DNA from: Acidobacteriota bacterium
GTDB lineage: Bacteria > Acidobacteriota > UBA6911 > RPQK01 > JAJDTT01
Direction of reading: 5' to 3'
Assembly: GCA_965217775.1 (NCBI GenBank)
Contig: CBDCJH010000002.1
Coordinates: 1,504,001 to 1,568,000, forward strand
DNA length: 64,000 nt
Under the pieces are notes generated by a model. That model searched no databases and was not told the origin of the DNA. It saw nothing but the letters and a program-made list of their open reading frames with translations. Positions 1-10,843 of the stretch are shown piece after piece. The position numbers and the translations under genes are program-made. The first letter of the stretch is position 1; every line of letters starts with the position of its first letter.

Positions 1-2122
1 CCTGCCTCAGAGCCGTGGGAAAACCCAACTCGATGCTCTCGGGGATGTCCAGGGGCAGGGTAGGGCCTCCCCGGGTACGGTCCAGGGCTCCACTGATGGC
101 CAGCACGGAATCGCGAAAGGATTCCGCCTCCAGCCGGCGGCGATTGGTCCGCCACAGCAGGCGGTTGTCCGGGTCGACCTCGTGCCCTTTCAGCTTGTGA
201 CGGCTGGCCTGGCGGTAGGTTCGCGTGAGAACGATTTCCCGGATCATGCGCTTGACGGACCATTCCTGCTCGACAAAACGGGAGGCGAGGTGGTCGAGCA
301 ATTCCGGATGGCTGGGAGGCTCTCCTCCCGCGCCGAAATTGTCGACCGTTCGGACCAGGCCGGTGCCGAAGAGATGGTGCCAAATCCGGTTGACCATGAC
401 TCTGGACAGCAGGCGGTGCTGCGGGTCGATGAGCCACTCGGCCAGCTCCAGGCGGCCACTCGATTTCTGGAATCCCTCATACAACCCTTTCAGATTTCGA
501 TGGCTGTCGATTCGACCGGCCGGCGAGGGCGAAGCCACTGATAGAAATCCGCGCGGAACTTCTTCGCCAAGGTTGTGCGGGTCCCCACCGACGTTGACGT
601 GACAGTCTTCGGGGACCTCCCGATCCTGGACGGCGATCGCCATTGCCGGACCCGGTCTGCGGAACTCCAGCAGTCTGATCCGGTCCTTCGCTTCCTTGAG
701 CTTCTTCTCGATTTCCTTGATTTCTTTCTCGAGCTCCTCGTTGGTTTCGGTTCCTGCCTCTTCGAGCGCCTTCTGTTGGTCGGTCAAGCGCTTCTTTTCG
801 GATTCGACGGCTTCGTACTCACTCAGGTACTTGTCCAGGGCCTCCTGATATTCCTCCGTGGCCAGGGCGCGTTTCCTCAGCTCGGACGGGGTCTCCGGCA
901 GCAACACCCGGTTGACGTCGCTGAAACCGCCGCTCATGCGGCCGTTGAGCGTTCGAGTACTTCGGAATATTCCCGCCAGTGCATAGTATTCGCGGGTGGA
1001 GATGGGATCGAATTTGTGGTCGTGGCAGCGCGCGCAACCGAGGGTCAATCCCTGAAGGGCCCGGCCCAGGGTATCGAGTTGGTGGTCCACGACATCCATG
1101 CGGAGTTTCTCTTTGTCGGCGTCCACGACCGCCCAGGGCCCGATGGCCAGGAAGCCCGTGGCCACGATCTGCTCACGGCGCTGGTCGTCGGTTTTCCAGG
1201 GCAGGACATCTCCCGAGATCTGCTCTTGAACGAAGCGATCGTAGGGCTTGTCGGAATTGAACGCATTGATGACGTAGTCGCGATATCTCCAAGCCTCCCT
1301 TGCCGGGATGCGGCGACCCTGGCCCAGGCTGTCAGCATAGCTCGTCAAATCTAGCCAGTGCCGTCCCCAGCGTTCGCCGAATCCAGGAGATCGAAGAAGC
1401 CGATCGACGACCTTCTCGAAGGCAAGGTCGGAATCGTCGTTGACGAATGACTCAATGTCTTCGGGCTCCGGAGGGAGGCCGATGAGATCAAAGTGAACCC
1501 GTCGTAACAAGGTGTAACGGTCAGCGTCGGCGGACGGGTTCAGACCCTCGGCCTCCAGCTTCTGCAGAATGAAGTTGTCAATGGGATCGGCAGGCCAGGA
1601 TTTGTCCCGGACCGCGGGCGGGGAGGCCTTCTGCGCCGGCTTCCAGGCCCAATAACTCTGACTCGCGGCTAGTTTCTTGTGCTCGTTGGCGGTCTTGACG
1701 CCGCTGGCAACGTCAGATTCCGGCCAGGGCGCACCCATCTCGATCCATTTGACCAGCACCTCGATCTGATCCTCCGATAACCTTCCGGCCGGAGGCATTT
1801 CAAGGTTCTTGTATCGGACTGCTTGAATAAGAGGGCTTGAGTTCGGGTCGCCGGGGACGATTGACGGCCCCCGAATGCCTCCATTCAGCAAGGCGTCCCG
1901 ACCGTCCACGCGCAAGTTCGAGTACAGGATCTTGGCCTGCTCGCTGTGGCACTCGTAGCAGTTTCTTGCGAGTAGCGGCCTGACCTTGGACTCGAAGAAC
2001 TCGGCCTGTTCGGTTGTGGGCCGGACACCCAGAAGAGCACTAGCAGTGAGCAATATGATTCCTAGTATCGCCGCGAGACGTCGCAAGAACGGGTGGGCAA
2101 CGTCTCGTCGGCAGGGGCTCAC
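1..2122 (-). CDS. PSD1 / planctomycete cytochrome c domain protein (DUF1549/DUF1553 type); 3' part runs off the window start
   Basis: Not in the ORF track because it is open at the window edge. Manual translation from GTG 2122: signal-like LAAILGIILLTASALLG, then EFFESKVRPLLARNCYECH (CxxCH haem motif), IVPGDPNSSPLI, WIEMGAPWP, and later FGERWGRHWLD. Confidence 0.85.
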   Translation of the reverse strand, partial: MSPCRRDVAHPFLRRLAAILGIILLTASALLGVRPTTEQAEFFESKVRPLLARNCYECHSEQAKILYSNLRVDGRDALLNGGIRGPSIVPGDPNSSPLIQAVRYKNLEMPPAGRLSEDQIEVLVKWIEMGAPWPESDVASGVKTANEHKKLAASQSYWAWKPAQKASPPAVRDKSWPADPIDNFILQKLEAEGLNPSADADRYTLLRRVHFDLIGLPPEPEDIESFVNDDSDLAFEKVVDRLLRSPGFGERWGRHWLDLTSYADSLGQGRRIPAREAWRYRDYVINAFNSDKPYDRFVQEQISGDVLPWKTDDQRREQIVATGFLAIGPWAVVDADKEKLRMDVVDHQLDTLGRALQGLTLGCARCHDHKFDPISTREYYALAGIFRSTRTLNGRMSGGFSDVNRVLLPETPSELRKRALATEEYQEALDKYLSEYEAVESEKKRLTDQQKALEEAGTETNEELEKEIKEIEKKLKEAKDRIRLLEFRRPGPAMAIAVQDREVPEDCHVNVGGDPHNLGEEVPRGFLSVASPSPAGRIDSHRNLKGLYEGFQKSSGRLELAEWLIDPQHRLLSRVMVNRIWHHLFGTGLVRTVDNFGAGGEPPSHPELLDHLASRFVEQEWSVKRMIREIVLTRTYRQASRHKLKGHEVDPDNRLLWRTNRRRLEAESFRDSVLAISGALDRTRGGPTLPLDIPESIELGFPTALRQ

Positions 2123-2608
2123 CTGAAATCATCCCCCGGAATCTGTCCGATATGGCTGGCGTGAACAGAAAATATTCTGCAACAGCAATAAACTATCAGA
2201 ATGCTACCTTCAATGCCTGGCTCCGGCAACTGGCCGGTTGTGGGTTAAAGACATCTGTCCATCCACATGTCGACGTTGGACGATATGAGACTTGCTCAAA
2301 CCGATATTGAAACCTGCCGACCGGAGTCTGGTAACCAGTATAATCAGGCGGGAATAGGGGACAATCACCGTGTCTACCGCTGTGCTCGCTCCGGCGGCGC
2401 TCTTCTTCCCTAAAGCGGCATACAAGCCATATGGGTGGGTCCCACAAGTTGTCATGGTACAACCGACAGGCGTGTCGGCCCCATTGCGGCCCTGGCTTCG
2501 GTGATATCGCTTCCATCATTCGAAGCGTGGCTACGAAATCGGGTCGAGCCCTATCCTTTTCCCTACTAACAATCGGTTCGGCACTCCATCTAAGTATTCC
2601 TAACTTCT

Positions 2609-4387
2609 TCAGGGTACAGGTTCCCTCCTGAAATCATCTAGACCCGAAAGAAGGGAAAGCATGCTCTCCGGGATCTCGTCTTTCCTCATCACCCTCACAA
2701 TGGTCAGAGCTGTTAAGGTCACGGAATAGCGTTCTTGCAGCTCTTGATTGAGCGCTGCAAGGAGTTGCTTGCCTGGCACTATGCGAAGACGCCCTTCGAG
2801 ATTCTGCCAGACTGTATCGAGTTCCTCCAGAGTCTTCTCAGCGATTGTCGCCGAATCTAGCTTCGAATTGGTTTTCCTCAAGAACTTATCTCTCTTGGTT
2901 ACGTACTGAACCTCAATTTTTCTCTTCATGCTGCCAGAAAGCATTCGAAGCATCTTCTCAACATCGCCACAACTCTGTTCCTCCATACTGCTTCTTTTTG
3001 CCCGTTCTTGGACTTTCCTTGTAAGGGCACGTTGCATCGCGCTGGGTACAAGTAGGTAGTTCTCGATCTCTTTGCACTCATGGATGTGTGCAAGCGAAGC
3101 GAACGTACGGAACTCCCGTAATTGTTGTTTTACTTCCTCGTCTGATCGGAAATCCCTGTCAAGAATGACGGCCTTCAACACCTTCACTCCCAGCGTGGCT
3201 TCAATCCCTGACGACAAATCCTTTATACGTTTGGGATTGAATCCACCGACAGGTATGATGGCGAAATCCGACTGATTTGCGACAGACTGGATGCCCACCC
3301 TTCTTGAGAATGCCGCCAGCAACTTGAAATCTTTCCCTTCGACGAAGACGACCCTTCTTGACTTGGCAAGTTGAGTTAAGGTCGGATTTAGATTCGATCC
3401 AAGCACCTCGAAGATCGGCGGCAGTTGCAGTTGACTCTTTATTCTCCTGGCGCTGCGTTTCCTTTTGTCAACCACTAACAGGTCGCCAGGATTGGCCTCT
3501 GAGATGATCTCTGTGGAGTGCGTAGCAAGCAGTACATCGGGAGTGGAATTCCTTAGGACCTCTACGAGTTGGCGCTGCAGGTCTGAATGGAGATATATGT
3601 CCGGTTCATCGATTACCAAGAGGGACGCTTCACGAGCCCGAACAATATAAGTAAGCATCTGACACCATACCTGAAAGCCGAATCCGGACCAGAAAATCTC
3701 TCTCGGGTATCTATTTTCAGGACAAAACATATACAGAAGTCGTTTCTTGTATGAGTAATCCACTTGTATCTGGGGCCGCTCGACATCCATGCCAGGCCAA
3801 GTCTCATTCACTAGGGCGCGGAATTCCTCAAACTCGTTCGGGTAGTGGTACCAGATATTCCTGAAATTCCTAGATGCCCGGTGTGTAAGTAAAGCTAGAC
3901 GTGCTGCCTCTTTTTTGTACAGCCTTTCGTTGTGTTCGACTGGGCCTAGCACAGGGACGAATCTGATCGTGGCATCGTAGACTTTCCTGAACTTACTAGG
4001 TGTCCAAACACGCTTTCCTTGGGGAATGGAAACCAAATAGCATAAGTTGTTCTCAGGGAAGATTAACCGCAGCTTGTCCTTTGACGCCAGAGTGAACTCT
4101 ATTGTAGCTGGTTTGGAGTCGTCGTAGTCAGTAAAAATCGCTTCCGAGGCCAACGGCAAGTCGCTAAGCGGAACTTGGTAGCCCCATGATCGGATGGACT
4201 CGTGAGACTTCGGCTTTCTGGAGTTCGCGATCCTCATGCCTTCTGACAGGATTCGAAACGCGCCGATGATGGTTGATTTGCCTGAGTTGTTCGGTCCGAC
4301 TAGGACGTTAAAATCCTTTAGGGTAACCGAAAATTGCCGAAAGGCCTTGTACCTTGAAAAGACGACTCGGGTAAATTGATTCATCAC
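2609..4387 (-). CDS. OLD-family-like ATP-dependent nuclease (ABC ATPase + TOPRIM), stand-alone
   Basis: Walker A GPNNSGKS, Walker B LLVIDEPDIYLH, H-loop ATHS; TOPRIM-like VFVEGKD...ILDRD...KEIENYLL. Visibly lower GC than its neighbours. Confidence 0.8.
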   Translation of the reverse strand: MMNQFTRVVFSRYKAFRQFSVTLKDFNVLVGPNNSGKSTIIGAFRILSEGMRIANSRKPKSHESIRSWGYQVPLSDLPLASEAIFTDYDDSKPATIEFTLASKDKLRLIFPENNLCYLVSIPQGKRVWTPSKFRKVYDATIRFVPVLGPVEHNERLYKKEAARLALLTHRASRNFRNIWYHYPNEFEEFRALVNETWPGMDVERPQIQVDYSYKKRLLYMFCPENRYPREIFWSGFGFQVWCQMLTYIVRAREASLLVIDEPDIYLHSDLQRQLVEVLRNSTPDVLLATHSTEIISEANPGDLLVVDKRKRSARRIKSQLQLPPIFEVLGSNLNPTLTQLAKSRRVVFVEGKDFKLLAAFSRRVGIQSVANQSDFAIIPVGGFNPKRIKDLSSGIEATLGVKVLKAVILDRDFRSDEEVKQQLREFRTFASLAHIHECKEIENYLLVPSAMQRALTRKVQERAKRSSMEEQSCGDVEKMLRMLSGSMKRKIEVQYVTKRDKFLRKTNSKLDSATIAEKTLEELDTVWQNLEGRLRIVPGKQLLAALNQELQERYSVTLTALTIVRVMRKDEIPESMLSLLSGLDDFRREPVP

Positions 4388-4529
4388 TTTGTCGACTCTG
4401 TGTCGGACTTAAGTTTTGGGGATGGAGGGATGGTTACCTTCGATGCTACCGGCGTTATGAAAAGTCGGCGGCGGCAGAGCCGATGATTGCGTTAGCTTAA
4501 ACATCGCGCCTTCGGATGCGACATACAAT

Positions 4530-7037
4530 TCACCGGATCTGAAATCCGTAGAGATCAGAATTCTGAATGAAAAACCGAAGACGAACCGGTTGGCCCCGTA
4601 TCGCTGCCAGATCCGAGTTTCCGCGCCACGCGACCTTTTGCTGAGTGCTGTCGAAAGCCTCCAATTGACACTCCGTCCGGCCGTAACCCGGCAGAGGCCT
4701 GCCTCCTTCGTCCAAGACCTCCACCACAACTCGACCCTCGCTGGCTGCGGCATTCACCGTCAATCGGCTCCCCTGGAAGATCAACGGGTGGGTCGTCAGC
4801 ACACCTTCCTGTTCCCCGGCCCGCCTCGATGCGAACCCATTGGTGCGAAACTCCACCCGGAACGGCACGATTTCGTACTCCCGGCTCTTCTCCACGTGGT
4901 TACTCCGATTCTGCCCCGTGTTCGCCTCCAACTCGGCCCAGAAGGCCTCCCGTATTTCCTCCATCGTCTGGCTGCACCGAGGTCGTCGCCAGCTCCAGAA
5001 GCAGTCGTACATGGCCCATCCCGGCCCCACCGGCGCCGGCGGCGACAGGTAGGGTCGCCCGTTGTAGGTCTTCTCGTCGAAGATCTTGGAGGCCGGCACC
5101 GGAGGATCATCCAGCCCACCCCGCAACCGGCTCAGGATCCAGGCGTTGAAGTGCAGGGTGTTCGTCCCGTGGTAGAAAGCCTCGGACCGGTCCCCCTCCA
5201 CCGGACCGTCGATGAGGCTGTAGACGATCCCATGATCGAAGCTGCCGTCGGGTCCATTGGGGATCCAGGCTTGGTCCCCTCCCACATCCTCCCAGTGGAT
5301 CCCGTTCCGGCTTACCCAGATATGGACATCCATCTGCTGCGTCTCGCAATCGTAGAGGGGAAAGAACGCCACGTAGAGGTCGCCGATCTGCTTCACCCGC
5401 TGCATTCCGTAACTCTGGTGCTTCGGATGTTCCCGCGGCGGTGCCCAGATGTAGCTGCGGTGCCAGTTCACGCCGTCTCGCGTGGTCATGCGCCCCAAGT
5501 TCCGCGAGACCGCCCATTTGTTGTCGTATCGCACCAGCCCCCGCCCCTTGGCCGGAGGATGCGGGGCGAAGTACAACACCAGCTCACCCGTCCGCTCGTC
5601 GTAGAACATGGGTCCGAGGTTGTCGTTGGGGTTGTCCAACGACTCCAACTGCGAGTGATGCCGCATGAAGGGCCGTTCCGTGGTGAGATACCGGACCCCA
5701 TCCGAGTCCCGGACCATCAGGTACGTTCCCCGGAGGAAGAACATGTCTTCGGTCTTGGGGGTGAAGACCATGCTGGCGGTTCGAAGATCAGGCACCCCGC
5801 GAGTCCGGTAATCCCACAGTCCCCCGAAGTTTCCGCTCGCTTCCACGTTGCTCCCGCGGGGAATGATCTCCAGAATGTTGTTGGCCCGGGATCCCTCGAA
5901 CTCCACCAGACCCAGATCCGGTTTGGTCCAACGCACGCCGTCGCTGGAGACGGCCAGCAACCGATAGCGGCTCAGGCTGATGTATTCCAGTTCGTATCGG
6001 TTCTCCTTCTCGTTGAATTCGTATCTCGACCCTACGGGCACCATGACCGCGTGCCCCTCCCAGGGGCGGTCCGCACGGACAAGCGGTTGAGCGTCCAGCT
6101 TGCGAGCCGGATGGAAGACCCGCTGGAGATTCTGCTGTTCGTCGATCAGGAAGTCGTCCAGGAACAACTGGGGCGCCACCGGGATCTCGATTGGCGGCTC
6201 CGGTTTGGGCGGCGGACCGTTCCGGAACACGTAGAGAGCCCGGCGGACACCGTCGTCCCAGAGACGGCCGTCGATCCGGGGCCGGACCCGAACGTGATAG
6301 GTCGCTGACTCCAGGTCGGTCAGGTCGAAGGCCACCCGGATCTTGTCCCGGGTCAGGCGGACCGGAGTGGAGGAGGATCGCCGGCTGCCGGTCCGGGCTT
6401 CAACGAGATCCACTTCGACCGGCAGCTCCGTGACGGGTGCGCCTTTCTCCAGCCAGAGCTCCGCCTCGGCCGCGTTGTCGTCGATGTAGGCCAAGCGGTC
6501 CAGGTCCGATCCCACCCAGTTCTGGACCGGGAGCCGCAGGTCGGTCGTGAACAGGGTCTCGCCATCCCGCACCCGTCTTGCCATGACGGTCACGAGATAT
6601 TTGCCCGGGTCCTGGGTATCGACCCACCAGCCGGTGCGCAAGGGACGCCAGCTCCTGGCCTGAGGCCCCTTTCGGGTGTAGGCGGGGATCGGACGATAGG
6701 GTCCGTGGGCGAGCAGGGGCCCCAGATCGAACACGACTTGAGCATCTTCCGGACCTGGTTCCAGAAGTCGACGGAGGGTTCGAGCTCCCCCCGCCGGATA
6801 CCCCACCGATACCTGCAGCTCGACGGCGTCCTGGGCTCCGTATTGGAATTGGAGCCGGTGGCTGGCCTTGCCGGCGTAGGTCAGTTGGAATCCGGATGGA
6901 CCCGGATCCTCTGCTTTCGGCTGCACGAGGTAGGGGGTCAGGTCGACGGGAGTGGGCGAGTCCTGGGAACGCACATCCTGTGCCAGGCACAGGCAGACCA
7001 GGATCGGGGCCACGAGCCAACGGGTGTTCGTCATCAT
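4530..7037 (-). CDS. Secreted glycoside-hydrolase-like beta-propeller protein with N-terminal extension
   Basis: Signal peptide MMTNTRWLVAPILVCLCLA; QLFLDD, ADRPWEG, SSDGVRWTKP, SRNGIHW and C-terminal VRLRFFIQNSDLYGFQI. Paralogous to 33404-34981. Start placed at ATG 7037. Confidence 0.65.
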   Translation of the reverse strand: MMTNTRWLVAPILVCLCLAQDVRSQDSPTPVDLTPYLVQPKAEDPGPSGFQLTYAGKASHRLQFQYGAQDAVELQVSVGYPAGGARTLRRLLEPGPEDAQVVFDLGPLLAHGPYRPIPAYTRKGPQARSWRPLRTGWWVDTQDPGKYLVTVMARRVRDGETLFTTDLRLPVQNWVGSDLDRLAYIDDNAAEAELWLEKGAPVTELPVEVDLVEARTGSRRSSSTPVRLTRDKIRVAFDLTDLESATYHVRVRPRIDGRLWDDGVRRALYVFRNGPPPKPEPPIEIPVAPQLFLDDFLIDEQQNLQRVFHPARKLDAQPLVRADRPWEGHAVMVPVGSRYEFNEKENRYELEYISLSRYRLLAVSSDGVRWTKPDLGLVEFEGSRANNILEIIPRGSNVEASGNFGGLWDYRTRGVPDLRTASMVFTPKTEDMFFLRGTYLMVRDSDGVRYLTTERPFMRHHSQLESLDNPNDNLGPMFYDERTGELVLYFAPHPPAKGRGLVRYDNKWAVSRNLGRMTTRDGVNWHRSYIWAPPREHPKHQSYGMQRVKQIGDLYVAFFPLYDCETQQMDVHIWVSRNGIHWEDVGGDQAWIPNGPDGSFDHGIVYSLIDGPVEGDRSEAFYHGTNTLHFNAWILSRLRGGLDDPPVPASKIFDEKTYNGRPYLSPPAPVGPGWAMYDCFWSWRRPRCSQTMEEIREAFWAELEANTGQNRSNHVEKSREYEIVPFRVEFRTNGFASRRAGEQEGVLTTHPLIFQGSRLTVNAAASEGRVVVEVLDEGGRPLPGYGRTECQLEAFDSTQQKVAWRGNSDLAAIRGQPVRLRFFIQNSDLYGFQIR

Positions 7038-7282
7038 TACGGATCCTCCGCAGATCGTTGAGCCTTCGGATTCGGCGATCCCGGCTCGGACTCCTTCGGT
7101 GGTGAACGTCCCACGGTACGGGGACCGCGGTGTGGGTTTCCGGACCAAGTGAGGCACGGGAGCATTCTAGCCCGTATGGGGTCGAGCGGCTATGACGTCC
7201 GCCAGGATAGGGATAGCGGCAGCTTTCTTGCCGCCGATTAGGGGGTAGGGGGGATGGAGGTCCCCCCGGTCAGTCCGGAGCA

Positions 7283-7440
7283 GGCGACAAGAAAGTCGCC
7301 TGTCCCAGTGGGCGGCAAGAAAGCCGCCCCTCCTAGCGGGCGACAAGAAAGTCGCTCCCCCCCAGCGGGTGACAGGAAAATCACCTCTTCCAGAGGGCTG
7401 AAAGAAAATCGCCTCCCAATGGGGGACAAGAATGTCGTCC
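7283..7440. repeat. Tandem cluster of six REP-like palindromes, period about 28 bp
   Basis: Units at 7283, 7311, 7339, 7368, 7396, 7422: GGCGACAAGAAAGTCGCC, GGCGGCAAGAAAGCCGCC, GGCGACAAGAAAGTCGCT, GGTGACAGGAAAATCACC, GGCTGAAAGAAAATCGCC, GGGGACAAGAATGTCGTCC. Confidence 0.8.
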
Positions 7441-7460
7441 CTCCAATCGGGTAGTCTTTA

Positions 7461-8927
7461 GTGATGCCGTTGGGAAAGACGATCCTTTCTTTGTTGTTTT
7501 TCACCTGCGCCGCAAGCGCGTCGGACTGGACGCGGTTCCGGGGGCCGAACGGAACCGGCGTCGCTGAAGAGGGGCCGCTGCCCGTGGTCTTCGGACCCGG
7601 CTCCAACGTGATTTGGGAGACGTCGTTGCCTCCGGGCAAGTCCTCGCCGATCCTGACGGACAGCAGAATCTTCCTGACCGGGCATGACAACGGAAAGCTC
7701 CTCACGATCGCGCTCGACCGCTCGACCGGCAGGGAGATTTGGCGCAGGGCCGCACCTACCAATCGGGTCGAGCGGATGCACCGTCTGAACGACGAGGCCG
7801 CGCCGACTCCGGTCACCGATGGGAGGAACGTCTACGCGTTCTTCGGCGGGTACGGTCTGGTCGCCTACGGTGCGGACGGAACCGAGCTCTGGACGCTGCC
7901 TTTGGGACCGTTCACCAATTTCCACGGCATGGGGGCTTCCCCGATCCTGATCGATGGCAAGCTCGTCCAGGTCTGTGACCAGGATCTCGACGCCTTCGTC
8001 ATCGCGGTGGATCCGTCCGACGGCAAGGTTCTCTGGAAACAGGCGCGGCCCGACTTCGTGCACAGTTTCTCCACGCCCGTTGTCCACGACCGGGGGCAGG
8101 GAAGCCCCGAGATCATCGTGCCGGGTTCGTACCGCATGACCAGCTACGCGGTGGACGGCCGCGAACTCTGGCGGCTCGACGGACTGACCTACCAGGTCAA
8201 ATCCGTTCCCATCGTGGACGGGGACCGGCTCTACTTCAACGGGTGGGCTCCCGGGGGAGAGCCGGCGGTTCGCCTTGAGTTGCCGCCGTTCGAGGAGATG
8301 CGCGCCCAGTTCGACACGAACGGCGATTCGGAACTGACCAAGCAGGAGATCCCCGCCGACTGGCTGCCCCGTGGCTGGGAGATGCACGACCGGAACAAGA
8401 ACGGCACCATGAACGCACGGGACTGGGAACACTACCGGGCCCGCCGGGTCTCCGAGAACGGCTGCATGGCCATTCGCCTCGGTGGCCGGGGGAACGTGAC
8501 CAGGTCTCACCTGCTCTGGCGCCATCAGAAATCCCTACCCGACGTTGCTTCTCCGATCCTCTATCGCGGGCTTCTCTACCTCGTTCGCAACGGCGGCATC
8601 GTGACGGCCTTGGATCCGGCCAGCGGAAAAGTTCTCAAGCAGGGCCGGCTGCGGGAAGCGATCGACGGTTACTACGCCTCGCCCGTGGCCGGGGACGGCA
8701 AGATCTACATGGTGAGCGACGCCGGAAAGGCCGTCGTGCTCGAGCCCGGGCCGGACTGGAAGGTGCTGCAGACGAACGACTTGAACGAAGACGTGTATTC
8801 GACCCCGGCGATTGCCGGCGGACGTCTGTTCATTCGAACGCAGAGCCGGCTCTATTGCTTTGGCGCGTCTGACGGGATTGCGTCGATCGAGGGGAGCTCT
8901 GCCGACGCCGCAGCCGTACGCCGCTGA
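7461..8927 (+). CDS. PQQ-binding-like (BamB-type) beta-propeller protein with EF-hand-like insert
   Basis: Signal peptide, DWTRFRGPNGTG, repeated SSP/ASP...G..LW blades, DTNGDSELTKQE and DRNKNGTMNARD EF-hand-like loops. Confidence 0.85.
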   Translation: MMPLGKTILSLLFFTCAASASDWTRFRGPNGTGVAEEGPLPVVFGPGSNVIWETSLPPGKSSPILTDSRIFLTGHDNGKLLTIALDRSTGREIWRRAAPTNRVERMHRLNDEAAPTPVTDGRNVYAFFGGYGLVAYGADGTELWTLPLGPFTNFHGMGASPILIDGKLVQVCDQDLDAFVIAVDPSDGKVLWKQARPDFVHSFSTPVVHDRGQGSPEIIVPGSYRMTSYAVDGRELWRLDGLTYQVKSVPIVDGDRLYFNGWAPGGEPAVRLELPPFEEMRAQFDTNGDSELTKQEIPADWLPRGWEMHDRNKNGTMNARDWEHYRARRVSENGCMAIRLGGRGNVTRSHLLWRHQKSLPDVASPILYRGLLYLVRNGGIVTALDPASGKVLKQGRLREAIDGYYASPVAGDGKIYMVSDAGKAVVLEPGPDWKVLQTNDLNEDVYSTPAIAGGRLFIRTQSRLYCFGASDGIASIEGSSADAAAVRR

Positions 8928-9122
8928 CCGCCGCGAGCTCAAGGCGTGCGCCGACTCTTGTTCGAGAAGCGAACGGGGCGCGTACTACCGGACAGGATGA
9001 CTTGGAGGGGACATTCTTGTCCCCATTCCCCTTGTCCTGGTCTCCGATGACTTTCGGTAGTTCGGCGACTCGCGTAAACATGGGCACCGCCGCCGCTACG
9101 TCTGAAGAATCAAGCGCTTGCA

Positions 9123-9884
9123 CTAGAATCGATATCCGACCCCCACTTCGAGAGTTTGGGAGGCACGCGCATCGGCGTAAGCAAACATGACCGAATGACC
9201 CGCTCGCAAGACTACGCGCGGAGCAAGGCTCATGAGCACGCCGGCACGGAGATTGAGTGGCGGGATCGATGATACATTTTTGGATTCCACGAATTCTTCG
9301 GCGCGAACAAGGACGCGGTTTCCATCAGCATTTTCCTGTTCATAAGCTGGTTGATACCGGATCAGTTGACGCTGTTGCTCGAACCCCAGACCGAGGCCGA
9401 TGTAGATCGAAAATCTATCCTTTCGCCACAACCTGACGACGGATGGCAGAATGGAAATCAGTCTCTGCGTCGTAACGTCGTTGTTCTGAATTCCCGGATT
9501 CTGTCTGTAGAACTCGGTGAATGGATGATAGGTATATTGATTGTGCGGCCCCTCATTGACCTCCAGATGGCTCGTGACCCCATCGATCATCAACGCCCAC
9601 TTCGCGCCCAGAGGAAATAGAATGCCGGCTCCGAACTGTGGTTTCCATTCCCCACCCTTCAACAGGTCCCTCCGATTGCCAAAATAGTAGGTCCCTGTCA
9701 GTCCGTAGATCTCGACTGCGGGATCACGCTGCTGCGGAAAGAGCGGCTCCCAACTGAATAATTGCAACGTTGCCACGAGGACGAACACGTACGGACGCCA
9801 AGGAGTCGCCCGCGGCGAGGGTGCCAGTCCCTTAGTCAAGATATTCGTGGATCGCTTTCCGGGGGCTTCGGGAATATTTTTCAT
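9123..9884 (-). CDS. Hypothetical outer-membrane beta-barrel protein
   Basis: Hydrophobic leader, amphipathic strands, C-terminal EVGVGYRF OMP signature. Exact start uncertain. Confidence 0.55.
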   Translation of the reverse strand: MKNIPEAPGKRSTNILTKGLAPSPRATPWRPYVFVLVATLQLFSWEPLFPQQRDPAVEIYGLTGTYYFGNRRDLLKGGEWKPQFGAGILFPLGAKWALMIDGVTSHLEVNEGPHNQYTYHPFTEFYRQNPGIQNNDVTTQRLISILPSVVRLWRKDRFSIYIGLGLGFEQQRQLIRYQPAYEQENADGNRVLVRAEEFVESKNVSSIPPLNLRAGVLMSLAPRVVLRAGHSVMFAYADARASQTLEVGVGYRF

Positions 9885-10830
9885 GGTTTCTCCAAGCTGG
9901 CCATAGACAGATGTGATTTTTTCGCCGGAAGGGGCTCACCCGGCAGAAAAAAGAGGCCCAGCGGTGTGTCCGGCGCGGCAAGACGGGAGTTGAGAAGGTA
10001 ACTGTCCCTTCCCCTTTGGTTCCCCTCGTGTGAAAGAGAGCAGAACAATGCAATCGAGGCTTGCGCCAGCAACAAGGGGATCATGCCCGCTGTGGTCTTC
10101 CTCAGCCATCTGCTTTTATGGCTGGTGAGGCTTTCCATGATTCCGATCTCCTTGAGGTGACTCAGCCAGGCGTGGAAGACGCTTGCAGTCGCCGTCGAAT
10201 CGCCGGTCTCCTGCCCCCCGTGGAACATCCCCACAGAGGGCAGGAGGTACGTATCAATGAATGTGAATTTCTCGCCGGAATCGGCTCACCGGGTTAACAG
10301 CCGGACAAGGGGCCACGTCTGGTGCGGGAAACCGGATGTCCATGGTCCGCTTTCGAGTCCGAAAATGTACTTTGTTCGTACTCGAGGGGACCGGGAGAAG
10401 GGGATTGTTACATTCTCGTACTCGTAGAGTCTTCAACCGACCTCGGGTCGGGCACGGGAACTCTGCTCATGGCTGCCGCTCAGGCCCTGACGCAGCGAAG
10501 CGAAAGAGATTCCAGGCCACGCAGCACGATGCTATTGCGAAAGCGTGGCCGCTCGTTGAGAAGATTGATCTGCGGGAAGCGTTCGAGCAGTGTCTCCAGG
10601 ACGATCCGGCCTTCGAGACGCGCCAGAGGGGCGCCCAGGCAATGATGGATACCGCGTCCGAATGCCAGGTGGTTTCCTTCTCCGCGCTCGAAATCGAGCC
10701 TGTCAGGGTTCTCAAAAACATCCGGATCCCGGTTGGCCGCGCCGAGCAGGACGACGATGTTCTCGCGCTCACGCAAAGGGAAACCGTTGGGGATTATATA
10801 CGTAAGTGCCGAGAATTCAGGCTGATGGGT

Positions 10831-10836
10831 TACAAT
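10831..10836 (+). promoter_or_regulatory. Putative -10 box (TACAAT) for a leaderless tnpB transcript
   Basis: TACAAT ends 7 nt before ATG 10844 and there is no Shine-Dalgarno sequence; no clear -35. Confidence 0.4.
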
Positions 10837-10843
10837 TCCGACC

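Noticed and set aside
7283-7440. CRISPR array
   Set aside because: Linkers are only 8-11 nt and resemble each other, the repeats vary, no cas genes are present, and single units occur elsewhere as REPs.
9881-10234. 117-aa CDS
   Set aside because: It runs through a REP at 9992 with no recognisable domain; at most a truncated signal-peptide remnant.
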